A DNA stretch of 63,154 bases, counting the filler, from Chiloscyllium plagiosum (lineage: Eukaryota), in the NCBI RefSeq assembly GCF_004010195.1. It is 5 parts of one record of this genome, joined end to end, with 100 filler letters (N's around TTAATTAATTAA, not from the genome) between each part and the next. Parts side by side here need not be neighbours in the genome. Positions count along the whole stretch, not along the records: positions 1 to 20,652 come from NC_057716.1; 4 more parts are not named here. One strand, given 5' to 3'. The position numbers and the translations under genes were made by a program. Below the pieces are notes generated by a model. That model made no database searches, was not told where the DNA came from, and saw only the letters and a program-made list of their open reading frames with translations. Within the stretch, counting starts at the first letter, position 1. Each line of letters starts with the position of its first letter. This document shows positions 1-10,213 of the stretch, in pieces.

Positions 1-311
1 AGCTGCCAGTCCTGCCCATCCCTGAGCCACATTTCCGTAATTGCTATGATATCCCAGTCCCATGTTCCTAACCATGCCCTGAGTTCATCTGTCTTCCCTG
101 TTAGGCCCCTTACATTGAAATAAATGCAGTTTAATTTATTAGTCCCACCTTGTCCCTGCCTGCCCTGACTGTTTGATTCACTTCTGTTCTCAGCTGTACC
201 CGTCTCAGATCGATCTCTTTCCTTACTATCTCCTTGGGTCCCACACCCCCACCTTACTAGTTTAAATCCTCCCAAGCAGTTCTAGCAAATTTCCCTGCCA
301 GTATATTAGTC
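1..311 (-). mobile_element. CR1 LINE, 5'-truncated at the end of ORF1, inserted into the ERV gag region; continues off the left edge
   Basis: Minus strand reads TNILAGKFARTAWEDLN** (ORF1 C-terminus, near-identical to 60408-60468). It then reads LNCIYFNVRGLTGKTDELRAWLGTWDWDIIAITEMWL (APE endonuclease N-terminus). Confidence 0.9.
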
Positions 312-750
312 AGAGAGAGAAAGGCAAAAAGAAATTGCCAATGACAATGATTCGATAGTTATCACTGAAATGAACAAAACACCAACCCAGGGAGGACCTT
401 GTTATGTGACCTGGCAAGGGCTGGAAAACCCCATGCCAATACTAAATGTCTTTGGGGATGTTTTTCCACAGATGTTGTACCAAATAAAATGAAACAACAG
501 CCAAAACAGACCTGGGCCCCCAGGGAAAGGGACAAAGGGTTTAATGAGGAATTAGACATAGAGCGGGCCGGAAACATTATGTTAGGGATACAACCAAACC
601 AGGCCACATTAGATGGGACTGTCTGAACAGGTCCTGGTCTGCCCCATTCCAGCAGGGGCCAATGCACAAAAAACATCTGCCCTCTTTAACTCAAGCCCCA
701 ATGGGTCGAATGGGTCCAATGGGCCTGTGAACCCTCTTGGGATGTGCTAG
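312..750 (+). pseudogene. gag: ERV gag C-terminus with degenerate CX2CX4HX4C nucleocapsid zinc knuckle
   Basis: 580-622 reads C*GYNQ(+1 nt)PGHIRWDC, a knuckle with W>stop and C>Y changes. The region ends ...PVNPLGMC then TAG at 748-750. Confidence 0.8.
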
Positions 751-866
751 GGGTGCCCAGAGGACTTGGGTGGGATGGGACTGTACCTAATGTTGACGTG
801 GGAGGCTGAACAGGAACCCATCATACAGGTTAGTCTAGAAAGCCGGTTGACGCCAATAATGATAGA

Positions 867-1827
867 GGCAAAAACAATGACTACAGATGCTAGAAACCAG
901 ATTCTGGATTAGTGGTGCTGGAAAAGCACAGCAGTTCAGACAGCATCCGACGAACAGTAAAATTGACGTTTCGGGCAAAAGCCCTTCATCAGGAATACAG
1001 GCAGAGTGCCTGAAAGGTGGAGAGATAAATGAGAGGAGGGTAGGGGTAGGGAGAAAGTAGCATAGAGTACAATAAGCTCTTAGAAATGAATGGGGATGGG
1101 GAGGAAGGTGATAGGTCGGGGAGGAATATGGGGGCAGGTACCAAAGATTCTTGTAGAGAGAGGAGGAAAACTTCGTCAAGGCAGGCATTCCCCCACCCTC
1201 CCCCGTGACCTATCACCTTCATCCACACCCCCATTCACCTATTGTACTCTATGCTACTTTCTCTCCACCCCCACCTCCTCTCATTTATCTCTCCACCCTT
1301 CAGGCACTCTGCCTGTATTCCTGATGAAGTGCTATTGCCTGAAACGCGATTTTACTGTTTGTCGGATGCTGCCTGAACTGCTTGCTTTTCCAGCACCACT
1401 AATCCAGAATCTGGTTTCCAGCATCTGCAGTCATTGTTTTTGCCGAGTTGATTTTAACCCTACTGCGAATCCTCTTGCAAGGATGCCTGCTTTGCAGAAG
1501 TTTTCCTCCTCTCTCTACAAGAATCTCAGGGAGTCCCTCTCCCACTGCAACTCCCAGGTCGTTTCCTCTGCCCTGAAGCTCTTCAACCATGTACTCTTTG
1601 CTACCTTGCCCCACCCTCCCCCGACCTGTCACCTTCATCCCCACTCCCACTCACCTATTGTACTCTATGCAACTTTCTCTCCACCCCCACCCTCCTTTCA
1701 TTTATCTCTCCACCCTTCAGGCACTCTGCCTGTATTCCTGATGAAGGGCTTTTGCCCAAAACATCGATTTTACTGCTCCTCGGATGCTGCCTGAACTGCT
1801 TGCTTTTCCAGCACCATTAATCCAGAA
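867..1827. mobile_element. Non-coding Penelope-like element insert (one inverted plus two direct pseudo-LTR copies)
   Basis: TSD GCCAATAATGATAGA at 852-866 and 1828-1842. Segment ~867-1190 is an inverted copy of ~1190-1520, and a further direct copy lies at ~1600-1827. Each copy has a hammerhead-like core. Confidence 0.85.
962..996 (-). ncRNA. Minimal hammerhead ribozyme motif (PLE type)
   Basis: Minus strand: TTC-CTGATGA-A-GGGC-TTTT-GCCC-GAAA-CGTC. Degenerate sister copies occur at ~1318-1352 and ~1735-1770 (+). Confidence 0.75.
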
Positions 1828-2189
1828 GCCAATAATGATAGACATTGGAGCCACGTACACCTGCGTACAACCGCAATATGCCTCCCACCTTCCCAAGTCA
1901 GGAAAATCACTTAAAACTTAGGGTTCTCGAGAAAACCCTAAGTTAACACAATTTACAGCTCCAGTAAATTTGAAAATGGGTATCAGAGGAATAGTCTTGC
2001 CGATACTAGCGTCCAATGGAATGCCAATTAATTTGTTAGGAGATGCCTTGCTGAATCTAGAGTTGACATTGGAATGCACTCAACATGATTTAAGTGTAGA
2101 AAGAGCGAGTACCCAGTTGCTAGTACAGGAAGCCAGAAACGCCAATATATAGGAGAGGAATCACAGTATACCACATTCAGAAAACTTGA

Positions 2190-2612
2190 GGAAAATGGAG
2201 GAAAGATATTCTAGCATTACTACCTAAAGCTAAGCCACCCAAGTTTGTGCTGCATTGCACAGTGATACTTGACAAGACTCAGAGTGAAGTACTAGAAAGG
2301 CAATGGCATTGTGAAGTTGTCACCCAGCAGCATTTAAAGAGCAAAGCTGTAATAATAGGAAAGCATGGAGAGGCATTGCAGATTAGAAAGAATGCATTTC
2401 TGGAGAAATGGTACAGTGTGCCAGGAGCCGCGGCCCATGTGAGCTGCTAGTAAGTGAGGAACATCAGTCCAAGGACTTGGGACTCATGGTAAAACAAGCA
2501 GAAACAATTAGTGATTGGCAGGTAGTGATACCAGGGGTTTGGCTATCTGGCAATAGCCATTGGATTGCAGCATGTAAAGAAATGATGGGAAACCCAAAGG
2601 AAGTTGAGGTGA
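2190..2612 (+). pseudogene. 2H phosphoesterase (CNPase-like) domain of the ERV Pol polyprotein
   Basis: KPPKFVLHCTVILD...IIGKHGEALQI...WYSVPGAAAHVS(fs)LVSEEHQSKDLGLMVK. Two Hx(T/S)h motifs (His codons at 2253 and 2436, 61 codons apart) lie between the protease and the RT position. Confidence 0.75.
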
Positions 2613-2613
2613 C

Positions 2614-3240
2614 TCAGCTCAATTAGAAGAGATTAAAGCACTGATGGCAGCGTGTGAGTTGATGGAAGGTGAGAAAGCTGATATCTATACAGATTCGGCC
2701 TGTGCCCATGGGGTGTGTCACTTGTTCAGGGCAGTTTGGAAACAGAGAGGCTTCAGGAAAAGCAGTGGAGACCCCATACAGCATTGCCAGAGATTATGGA
2801 GTTGACAACAGCTTTTCTTTTAGATTAGATTAGATTACTTACAGTGTGGAAACAGGCCCTTTGGTCCAACAAGTCCACACCAACCCTCCGAAGAGCAACC
2901 CACCCAGACCCATTCCCTACACCTAAAAGTATGGGCAATTTAGCATGGTCAATTCACCTAACCTGCACATTTTTGGACTGTGGGAGGAAACCAGAGCACC
3001 TGGAGGAAACCCATGCAGACACGGGGAGAATGTGCAAACTTCACACAGACAGTTGCCTGAGGCGGGAATTGAACCTGGGTCTCTGGCGCTGTGAGGCAGC
3101 AATGCTAACCACTGTGCCAACGTGCTGCCCACTGCTTTAATGAAACCAAAACCGCTAGCTATTCTAAAATGTCAGGCACACAGGAAGGGAAACGCTATGG
3201 TGGCAAAGGGGCATCAGGCAGCAGATGAAGTGGCTGTGAT
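2614..3240 (+). pseudogene. pol: ERV RNase H (N-terminally truncated), interrupted by an HE1 SINE
   Basis: SAQLEEIKALMAACELMEGEKADIYTDSACAHGVCHLFRAVWKQRGF ... ALMKPKPLAILKCQAHRKGNAMVAKGHQAADEVA. Confidence 0.9.
2816..3130 (-). mobile_element. HE1-type V-SINE
   Basis: Minus strand has the tRNA-like head GGGCAGCACGTTGGCACAGTGGTTAGC...GGGTTCAATTCCC, the V-domain TTTGCACATTCTCCCCGTGTCTGC and a CR1-type (TCTAA)n tail. A short TSD AC(A/T)GCTTT is present. Confidence 0.9.
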
Positions 3241-3399
3241 AGCTTCTGGGAGCAACTCAGCTGTCATTGCGCCCCAGGTATAGTTGGATCTGGAGCCTTC
3301 AATGGAAGATGTAATTGAGATGCAAGGTAAGGCCACCTTAGCAGAGCAAACAATGTGGAGACAAAGGGGGGGGCAGGTGAAACCAATACAGCCTGTGGA

Positions 3400-4375
3400 G
3401 CACAGATGAAGGTTTGTGGGTAGTGTCTACCCCCTTGTTAACTATTCTCATTTCAGAGGCACATGGGTTGGACCATTGCGCAAGGGAGGAGGTAATAAGG
3501 AAGATTAAAAAAAGGATGGGTTCTGGTCACCCCACCTACAGGCTTCAGTGGGTTATATTTTGTCACAATGTGAGGTATGCACTCAAAATAATGTTAGAAA
3601 GGGAATAACGTCTCCTTTATGGCACACACCAGTGCCCAAGGGACCATTTAAACATTTGGTGATTGATTAAGTGAGTATGATAAAAACGTGCAGGGGAAAA
3701 GATATATGCTCAGCAGATGAATAGAGGCAACACCTTCTAAAGACTCAGGAACAGGAATGGTAGTAAAGCTTTTAACAAACGAAGTTATTCCAAGGTTTGG
3801 CATACCGTCAGAAATCAGCTCAGAGAATGGGTCAGCCTTTATCCAAAAGATTGTTAAATTGGTACTGCAAACCTTGAGGATTTGGATGCGTCTACCACCG
3901 CCAGTCACAAGGCATGGTGGAGAGGATTAATGGAGCTTGGAAAGCCAAACTAAATAAAACTAGAGCAAGCACTAAACTGAATTGGATTGATACACTACTG
4001 CTGGCATTAATGAGTTACCGTATAGAGGCTAATTGCACGAGGAGGTTGACCCCATACAAAATGCTCACTACCAGACCCATGCAGCACCTACATGGAGAGA
4101 TCCACATAAAGGATCCAGTTTAGACCAATTAGATGTAGAACTTAAACAGTATGTGCAGCAACTAACTATGATACATAAGTATATTCACATACGTGACAAA
4201 TCAGGAAGAAGGACCCATCAAACCCGGAGATGAGGTTTATGTGCGAGTGTTCTGATGAAACTGGAATGAACCAAGAAGGGAAGGACCCTTCACGGTGACC
4301 AAAGCTTCACCTACAGCTGTCCAAGTGGAGGCATGATCCACGTGATATCATCTTAATCACTGCACCAGAACTGTC
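3400..4375 (+). pseudogene. pol: ERV integrase
   Basis: EAHGLDH...CEVC (HHCC), GPFKHLVID, EVIPRFGIPSEISSENGSAF, SQGMVERINGAWKAKLNK, PGDEVYV...EPRREGPFTV...HLNHCTR. Small deletions and stops are present. Confidence 0.92.
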
Positions 4376-4532
4376 CTGCAGGCACAATCTGATGCTGGAC
4401 TGGACATAAGCGGTAGTGAAGAAGGGATAGCGGAGAACAAACAGGAAGTGCAGGGAATTGATACTCCTCCACGGAGCGTGGATCAGTTGGTAAGTGAGGT
4501 CTTTGGTGACACTGACAACTCCGAAACCGCCG

Positions 4533-6168
4533 ATGATGAATCTGTGGGAGGCAGCCTTTCTCTTGGCTGTATGGCAAGGGATGACTTGAGGCACCTAGTA
4601 ATGCTTCTCTCCCCAGTACCACTCTGCTCCACTCGTATGCAGACTTGGAGACCATCAGCCTGGCAAACTTGGCAGATCTGGTCTGGTAGTGCCAGGGCCC
4701 CACAGTGCCTTGTTGAAAAATCTAGGAGAGTAAGGAGTGTAAAACCCACTTTCCTCTTATGGCAAGATGCACATAATATCTACTGGCACCAATGGGCAAA
4801 TTACACCAACGGCCATAATGATGACTAGACACGACTGCTACCTGTGCCGCAAAGCAAAGCCAGTATACCATGCTGTTCCTATGTCCTACAATTCCTCCAC
4901 ATGCTCACAATGGTGAGGGGTTTACAGAGGTCAATGTGATAGGCAATGCCCCAATGCGACTACACCTTGCAGAAGAAAGCACTACCTCATAAACGACCTG
5001 TGTTATCTTAATTACACTAGCAATATGCCCTATTGACTCTATTGGTGTATGATGTACCAGACATCTGTACCATATAATCAAAAATAACTCATCGGAAAAT
5101 GTATTAAAGTACTCCTTGGTCTATCATCAAAGATAAACAGACATTCCCAATGATTTTCTTACATTGCGTCTGAGTTTGAGCTTTGAGTGCTCCATGCGGT
5201 GTGGTAATATCCCAGTAGGCCACTTTGTGGGAAATTGCATACAGACATGAGACGTCACACCCAGCATAAAGTACACTACAGGCATCCCACCCCCTGAGGG
5301 TGTGTTGGATGCTCAGTTTATCCCATTAGCAGATACTTGGTCATTGTGTTGCCTAAGGGGGATTAAGGCTGACACTTTCCCTGGACTGGGGAGGCACCTG
5401 CACCCACAATATGCTGCTGCAGAAGATTGTCATCTCCCCGACAGCCCAGATTAACACATTACCACAACTGACATTACACCGCAATAGGAAAGAGTATGTC
5501 CCTGATCCAGTAATCTGAATTGACAATATAGGACAACCAATGGTCATTTCCCGTGAATTTAAAGCCAGAAATGAAATTGCCGTAGGCTGAGAGTCACTTA
5601 TCCCAGCAATAGGAATTAGCAAATTTGCCGAATGGATTAACTACATTTATTATAACCAGCAGAGATTTATTAATTATACTGACGATGCCCTCTCAGCATT
5701 TGATGAGCAGTTAGATGCAATCGGCAAAATACGCAGATCTTGGACTAGCTGTTAGCTGAGAAGGGAGGTGTGTGTGTGTAATGTTTGGAGACTATTACTG
5801 TACCTTCATACCTAACAATACTAGTCCTGAGGGATTGTTCACTAAGGCAATGAATAAGCTGAGAATTCTGAGGAAAGAGCTTAAGAAAAATGTGGGGTCA
5901 GGTCTTCAATTCTTTGACTAGTTAGACAACATGTTGGGAGGATGGGGAGCTTGGTTAGGCAAGATTGGAATCGTTGCTACGATCGTGTTACTGGTTATTG
6001 CCGTTGTGCTATGCTGTGCCTTATGTCTCATTCAATCTTTTTTTAGGGCGTGCAGCTGTAAGGCAGCTCCTTGTCGTGTCAGACTGCTCTGAGCTATCTC
6101 CCACCACGGAAAGGGTTCCAACACTATTATTATGGTCCGATGTCCACTGGAGTGTTGATGGCTTGTGA
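4533..6168 (+). pseudogene. env: ERV envelope (gamma-type SU/TM)
   Basis: Hydrophobic leader MMNLWEAAFLLAVW; YWHQWANY..DCYLC (CXXC at 4836-4847); HRNRK putative SU/TM boundary; IDNIGQP..EFKARNEIAVG*ES..WINYIYYNQQRFINYT; ILD*LLAEKGGVC..MFGDYYCTFIPNNT (ISD and degenerate CX6CC); TM helix IGIVATIVLLVIAVVLCC. Confidence 0.92.
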
Positions 6169-6421
6169 GGACACAGCTTCTTGAATTATTTTTATTCTGT
6201 AATTGAACTTAGTCTGTAAGAGTTTCTGGGTCTTTTTTTCCTGTTCTAGACATTGAGGGACTGGTTTTTGGCCCAGTGAATTCAGGGAAAGAGGAAGAAC
6301 CCATTGAGAACGGAACCTTAAAATTTCTTTTCTGCCTGCTTTCGAGATTGCAGCCACCTTAATTGGTTTTGGTAGGTCCGGCCTCACTGTGTTCTTTCTC
6401 CGTGTGAGGCCGATAAGTTTC

Positions 6422-6431
6422 AAGGGGGAAA
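6422..6431 (+). other. Polypurine tract of the ERV
   Basis: AAGGGGGAAA immediately before the LTR start. Confidence 0.75.
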
Positions 6432-6881
6432 TATATGGAAATTAATATGTCAGCTGTGTAATTAAATTAATGGAGCAATTCATAGAATCATGTGACAGAA
6501 GAGCAAAAGATGAGCACAGTCTGAAAATAATGGTAGCACAATATGATAGGTTAGTCAAATCACATGATAAAGGAGCAAATGTTAAAGACAATGGTGCCAT
6601 AATGTGAGAGGTTAAGTGGAAAGTAGAAGACCATTGTGGCAGAAGATGATTAGTTTAGAAAGACAATACAATCTAATATGATTGGTTATGCTAATGACAC
6701 CAGATAGGTGAGGCAACTAGGAAAGTATAAAAAGTAGCAAGCCCCAAGAATTGGGGGCAATTGGGAAGCCATTTTCTGATTGTCACAGCTTTTGATCGCA
6801 ACAAAAAGTTTAACTTCTTGAGGAATTCTCTACATCTTCTGGTGATTCTCACAAAGCATCAGGTACGACCTCTCCACAACA
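6432..6881 (+). repeat. ERV 3' LTR (~450 bp)
   Basis: Begins TATATGGA (likely mutated TG) after the PPT and ends TCCACAACA. Contains imperfect U3 direct repeats, an inverted CCAAT near 6682, TATAAAA at 6726 and an AACAAA polyA-like signal near 6800. CR1 sequence begins right after the terminal CA. Confidence 0.75.
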
Positions 6882-8190
6882 ATTCCACACACAAACTACC
6901 TTCTGTATAAAATATTTGCCTCTCATGTTTCTCTCCTCTTATCTTAGAAATGTGGGTCTTAATCTTGAAATTCCCCACCCTAGAGAAAAGGCAACTACTA
7001 TTAACTCTACTTATACCCCTCATTACTTTATAAACTTCTGTAAGGTCGCCTCTCAACTTCCTACACTCCAGTGAAAAACTTTCCAGCCTATCCATCCTTT
7101 CTTTATAACTCAAACCTTCCATACCTGGCAACATCCTGGTAAATCTCTTCTGAACCTGCTCCAGCTTATTAGCATCTTTCCTACAACTGGGTGATCAGAA
7201 CTGGACACAGCACTCTAGAAGAGGCCTCACCAATGGCCTAGGCAACTTCAACATAACTTCCCAACTCCTATACTCAAAGGACTGAGCAATGAAGACAAGC
7301 AAGCTAAACACCTTTTTAGCCACCCTGTCTACATGTGACACAAACCTCAAAGAATTATGTACCTGAAATCTTAGGTCCCTTAGTTCTATAACACTACACA
7401 AAGTACTACCACTAATTGTTTGTTGCACCAAAATGTAATACTAGCATTTATCCAGATTGAACTCCATCTGCTATTTCTCAGCACATTGACCCCTTTGCTC
7501 AAGATCCCTTTGTAATCTTAGAAAACTTTCTTCATTGCCTACTATGCCACCAATTTTTGTGTCATCCGCAAACTTTCTGATCATGCCTTCTATATTCTCA
7601 TCCAAATCATTTATGTAAATGACAAACAAAAGAGGATCCAGCACCGATCCCTGTGGAACACCACTGGTGATGGGCCTCCAGTCCAAAAAGCACTCCATCA
7701 TTACTCTCTGTCTCCTGCCATTAAGCCAATTATGTCTCCAATTGGCAAGCTCACCTGAATCATCTGTGATTTAACTTTACCAATTAGTCTACTATGCGTA
7801 ACCTTATTGAAGGCTTCACTAAAGTCCAAGCAAACAGTGCCTACGGTTCTGAGGAAGGGTCACCAGATCCAAAACATTAACTTTGATTTCTCTTCGCAGA
7901 TGCTGCCAGACCTGCTGAGCTTTTCTAACAATTTCTGTTTTGGTTTCTGATTTACAGCATCCACAGTTCTTTCGGTTTTTAAACAATGTCTACAGCTCTG
8001 TCCTCATCAATTCTTTTGGTAACTTCCTCAAAAAACTCAATCAAGTTTGTGAGACACAATTTTCCTTGCACAAAGCCATGCTGACTATCCCTAATCATTT
8101 TTGTCTCTCTAAATGTCTATAAATCCTATTGTTCAAAACTACCTCCAACAATTTACCCACAACCGAAATCAGACGCACAGGTTTATAGAT
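6882..8190 (-). mobile_element. CR1 LINE ORF2 (RT) fragment; probable integration site of the ERV
   Basis: [22 protein letters not shown]...KFADDTKIGG; LVRPLLECCVQF; LRGDLTEVYK. Confidence 0.93.
7845..7980 (+). mobile_element. Short Penelope-derived insert with a hammerhead-like head (family B)
   Basis: GTT-CTGAGGA-AGGGTC-ACCA-GATCC-AAAAC-ATT-AAC...CAGATGCTGCCAGACCTGCTGAG. Imperfect 13-bp TSD AAACA(G/A)TG(C/T)CTAC. Confidence 0.7.
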
Positions 8191-8447
8191 ATTAGCTTTT
8201 CTTTATCTTGGGCTTGTTATTTTTCCACTTAATTTACTTTAGCCACTTTGCTGAATTGCTCAGTACAAAAAATGGATTTACACAGATGATTTCAGCACAT
8301 AGGTCAAACAAGGATTGCATTTAAACTTGAAACTGTCAGAAATGAAAACTCACTAAAGCCAGTTAGAAACGGCAAAGCCACAATGTTATTTGTTACCTGG
8401 CTCATGTTTTAGTCATTCTATTTCTCAAAAAGCTGCCATTCCTATAT

Positions 8448-10213
8448 TGTAAGAAAAATATTAATAGGAAAGTGTTTGTTGACTTGAATTTTACAACCTT
8501 CTGTGAGAGAAACAGTGCAGAAAGGGCTGGATGCATGTTAATGCAATTATAGAGGCTGATGACCACAGAAGTGATGTTATTAGCAGTCTCAAAGTAATCA
8601 GGGCTGGGGAGAAGTCTTGAGATGCTTAGAGATCTGTAGGAGAAAAGCTCCAGAAGTAGATTGTTGTAGTGTCAGCCTTCAAACTGCTGAAGAACTGAAG
8701 TAGTGAGATGAGATAGTAGAGTCACAGAGTCATAGAGATGTACAGCACAGAAACTGACTCTTCATTCTAAGTTGTCTATGCCGACCAGATATCCTAAACT
8801 AATCTTGGTCCCATTTGCCAGCACTTGACCCATATCCCTCCAAACCCTTCCTATTCATTTACCCATCCAGATGCCTTTTAAATGCTGTAATTGTACCAGC
8901 CTCCATCACTTCCTCTGGCAGCTCATTCCATACACGTACCACCCTCTGTGTGAAAAAGTTGCCCCTTAGGCCCCTTTTATATCTTTCCCTCTCACCCTAA
9001 ACCTATGCCCTCTAGTTCTGGACTCCCCCAACCCAGGGAAAAGACCTTGTCTATTTATCATATCCATATCCCTCATGATTTTATAAACTTCTATAAAATC
9101 ACCACTAAGCCCCCGATGCTCCAGGGAAAACAGCCCCAACCTATTCAACCTCTCCCTATAGCTCAAATCCCCCAACCCTGGCAACATTCGTGTAAGTCTT
9201 TTCTGAACCCTTTCAAATTTTACAACATCCTTCCAATAGGAAGAAGACCAGAATTGCATGCAATATTCCAACAGTGGCCTAACCAATGTCCTGTACAGAC
9301 GCAACATGGCTTCCCAACTCCTGTACTCAATACTCTGACCGATAAAGGAAAGCATACCAAACGCCTTCTACACTATCCTATCGACATGCGACTCTACTTT
9401 CAAGGAACTATGAACCTGCACTCCAAGGTCTCTTTGTTCAGCAACACTCCCCAGGACCTTACCATTAAGTGTATACATCTTGCTCTGATTTGCTTTTGCA
9501 AAATGCAGCACCTCACATTTATCTAAATTGAACTCCATCTGCCACTCCTCAGCCCATTGGCCCATCTGATTAAGATCCTGCTGTGCAGTGAGGTAACTTT
9601 TTTCGCTTTTCGCTACACCTCCAATTTTGGTGTCATCTGCAAACTTCCTGACTATACCTCCCAAGTCCACATCCAAGTCATTTATATAAATGATGAAAAG
9701 CAGTGGACCCAGCATCAATCCTTGTGGCACACTACTGATCACAGTCCTCCACTCTGAAAAGCAATCCTCCACCACTACCCTCTGTCTTCTACCGTCGAGC
9801 CAGTTCTGTATCCAAATGGCTAGTTTGTTTTAAGAGTCTTGGGGAGAGAAGAAATCTCATGAAAGTGAAGAGATTTGCCACACAACAAAACAGATTACAC
9901 TCCTGCTAGTTGGACAAAAATGTGGATGCAAAGGGTAAATATTCACTGAGGTTTGAGTGTCCAGAATACTGCTAGAATAAAAATAATACATCTTTCTTGG
10001 ATTCTTCAAATAGTTCTTATCTAGTATTTTGTGTTTCTCTCTTGTGTAAAAAACTTTTGGTTGTTTTGTGAAACCTACATTGGGAGTCTCTTATGAATAT
10101 ATTCAGTTACTGACCTTCTCGGAAAACAGAGAGAAAAAAGCTTATGGTCTATCAAGTCAGGTTACACTCTGGTATCTGAATTGCCCATTATTAACCCTAA
10201 CATGATCATAACA
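8448..10213 (+). mobile_element. Probable old solo LTR (Gypsy-type), split by a CR1
   Basis: TGTAAG...ATGATCATAACA termini with near-matching 4-bp flanks (ATAT/ATAA). The 3' end resembles shark LTR ends as I recall them; not verified. Confidence 0.4.
8716..9824 (-). mobile_element. CR1 LINE, 5'-truncated (RT to 3' tail)
   Basis: VPQGLMLGPLLFIIYINDLD...KFADDTKIGG...LVRPLLEYCMQFWS; (CTATGACT)n tail. Confidence 0.95.

Larger units (their letters stand above)
751..2130 (+). pseudogene. pro: ERV aspartic protease, split at its active site by a Penelope insert
   Basis: EPIIQVSLESRLTPIMID|IGATYTCVQPQYASHLP...GFS...PINLLGDALLNLELTLEC, in frame with the gag TAG. The 15-bp duplication GCCAATAATGATAGA flanks the insert. 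Confidence 0.9.
312..6881 (+). mobile_element. Decayed epsilon-like endogenous retrovirus (gag 3' part, pro, 2H domain, RT deleted, RNase H, IN, env, PPT, 3' LTR)
   Basis: Collinear retroviral motifs across many stops and frameshifts: CCHC knuckle, in-frame TAG, D(T>I)GA protease, IYTDS RNase H, HHCC and GPF integrase, CXXC/ISD/CX6CC env, PPT and LTR. Confidence 0.95.

Noticed and set aside
1090..1794. 234-aa ORF with internal repeats
   Set aside because: Read-through of tandem non-coding Penelope pseudo-LTR copies; no protein motif.
4448..4828. 126-aa ORF between pol and env as a possible accessory gene
   Set aside because: Best explained as the pol C-terminal tail fused by frameshift to the env N-terminus; no similarity to cyclin-type accessory genes that I can see.
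583..5921. Several Trp-to-stop (G>A) changes in the ERV suggesting APOBEC-type hypermutation
   Set aside because: Trp codons become stops through any G>A transition, so this is ascertainment-biased. It cannot be tested without a family consensus.
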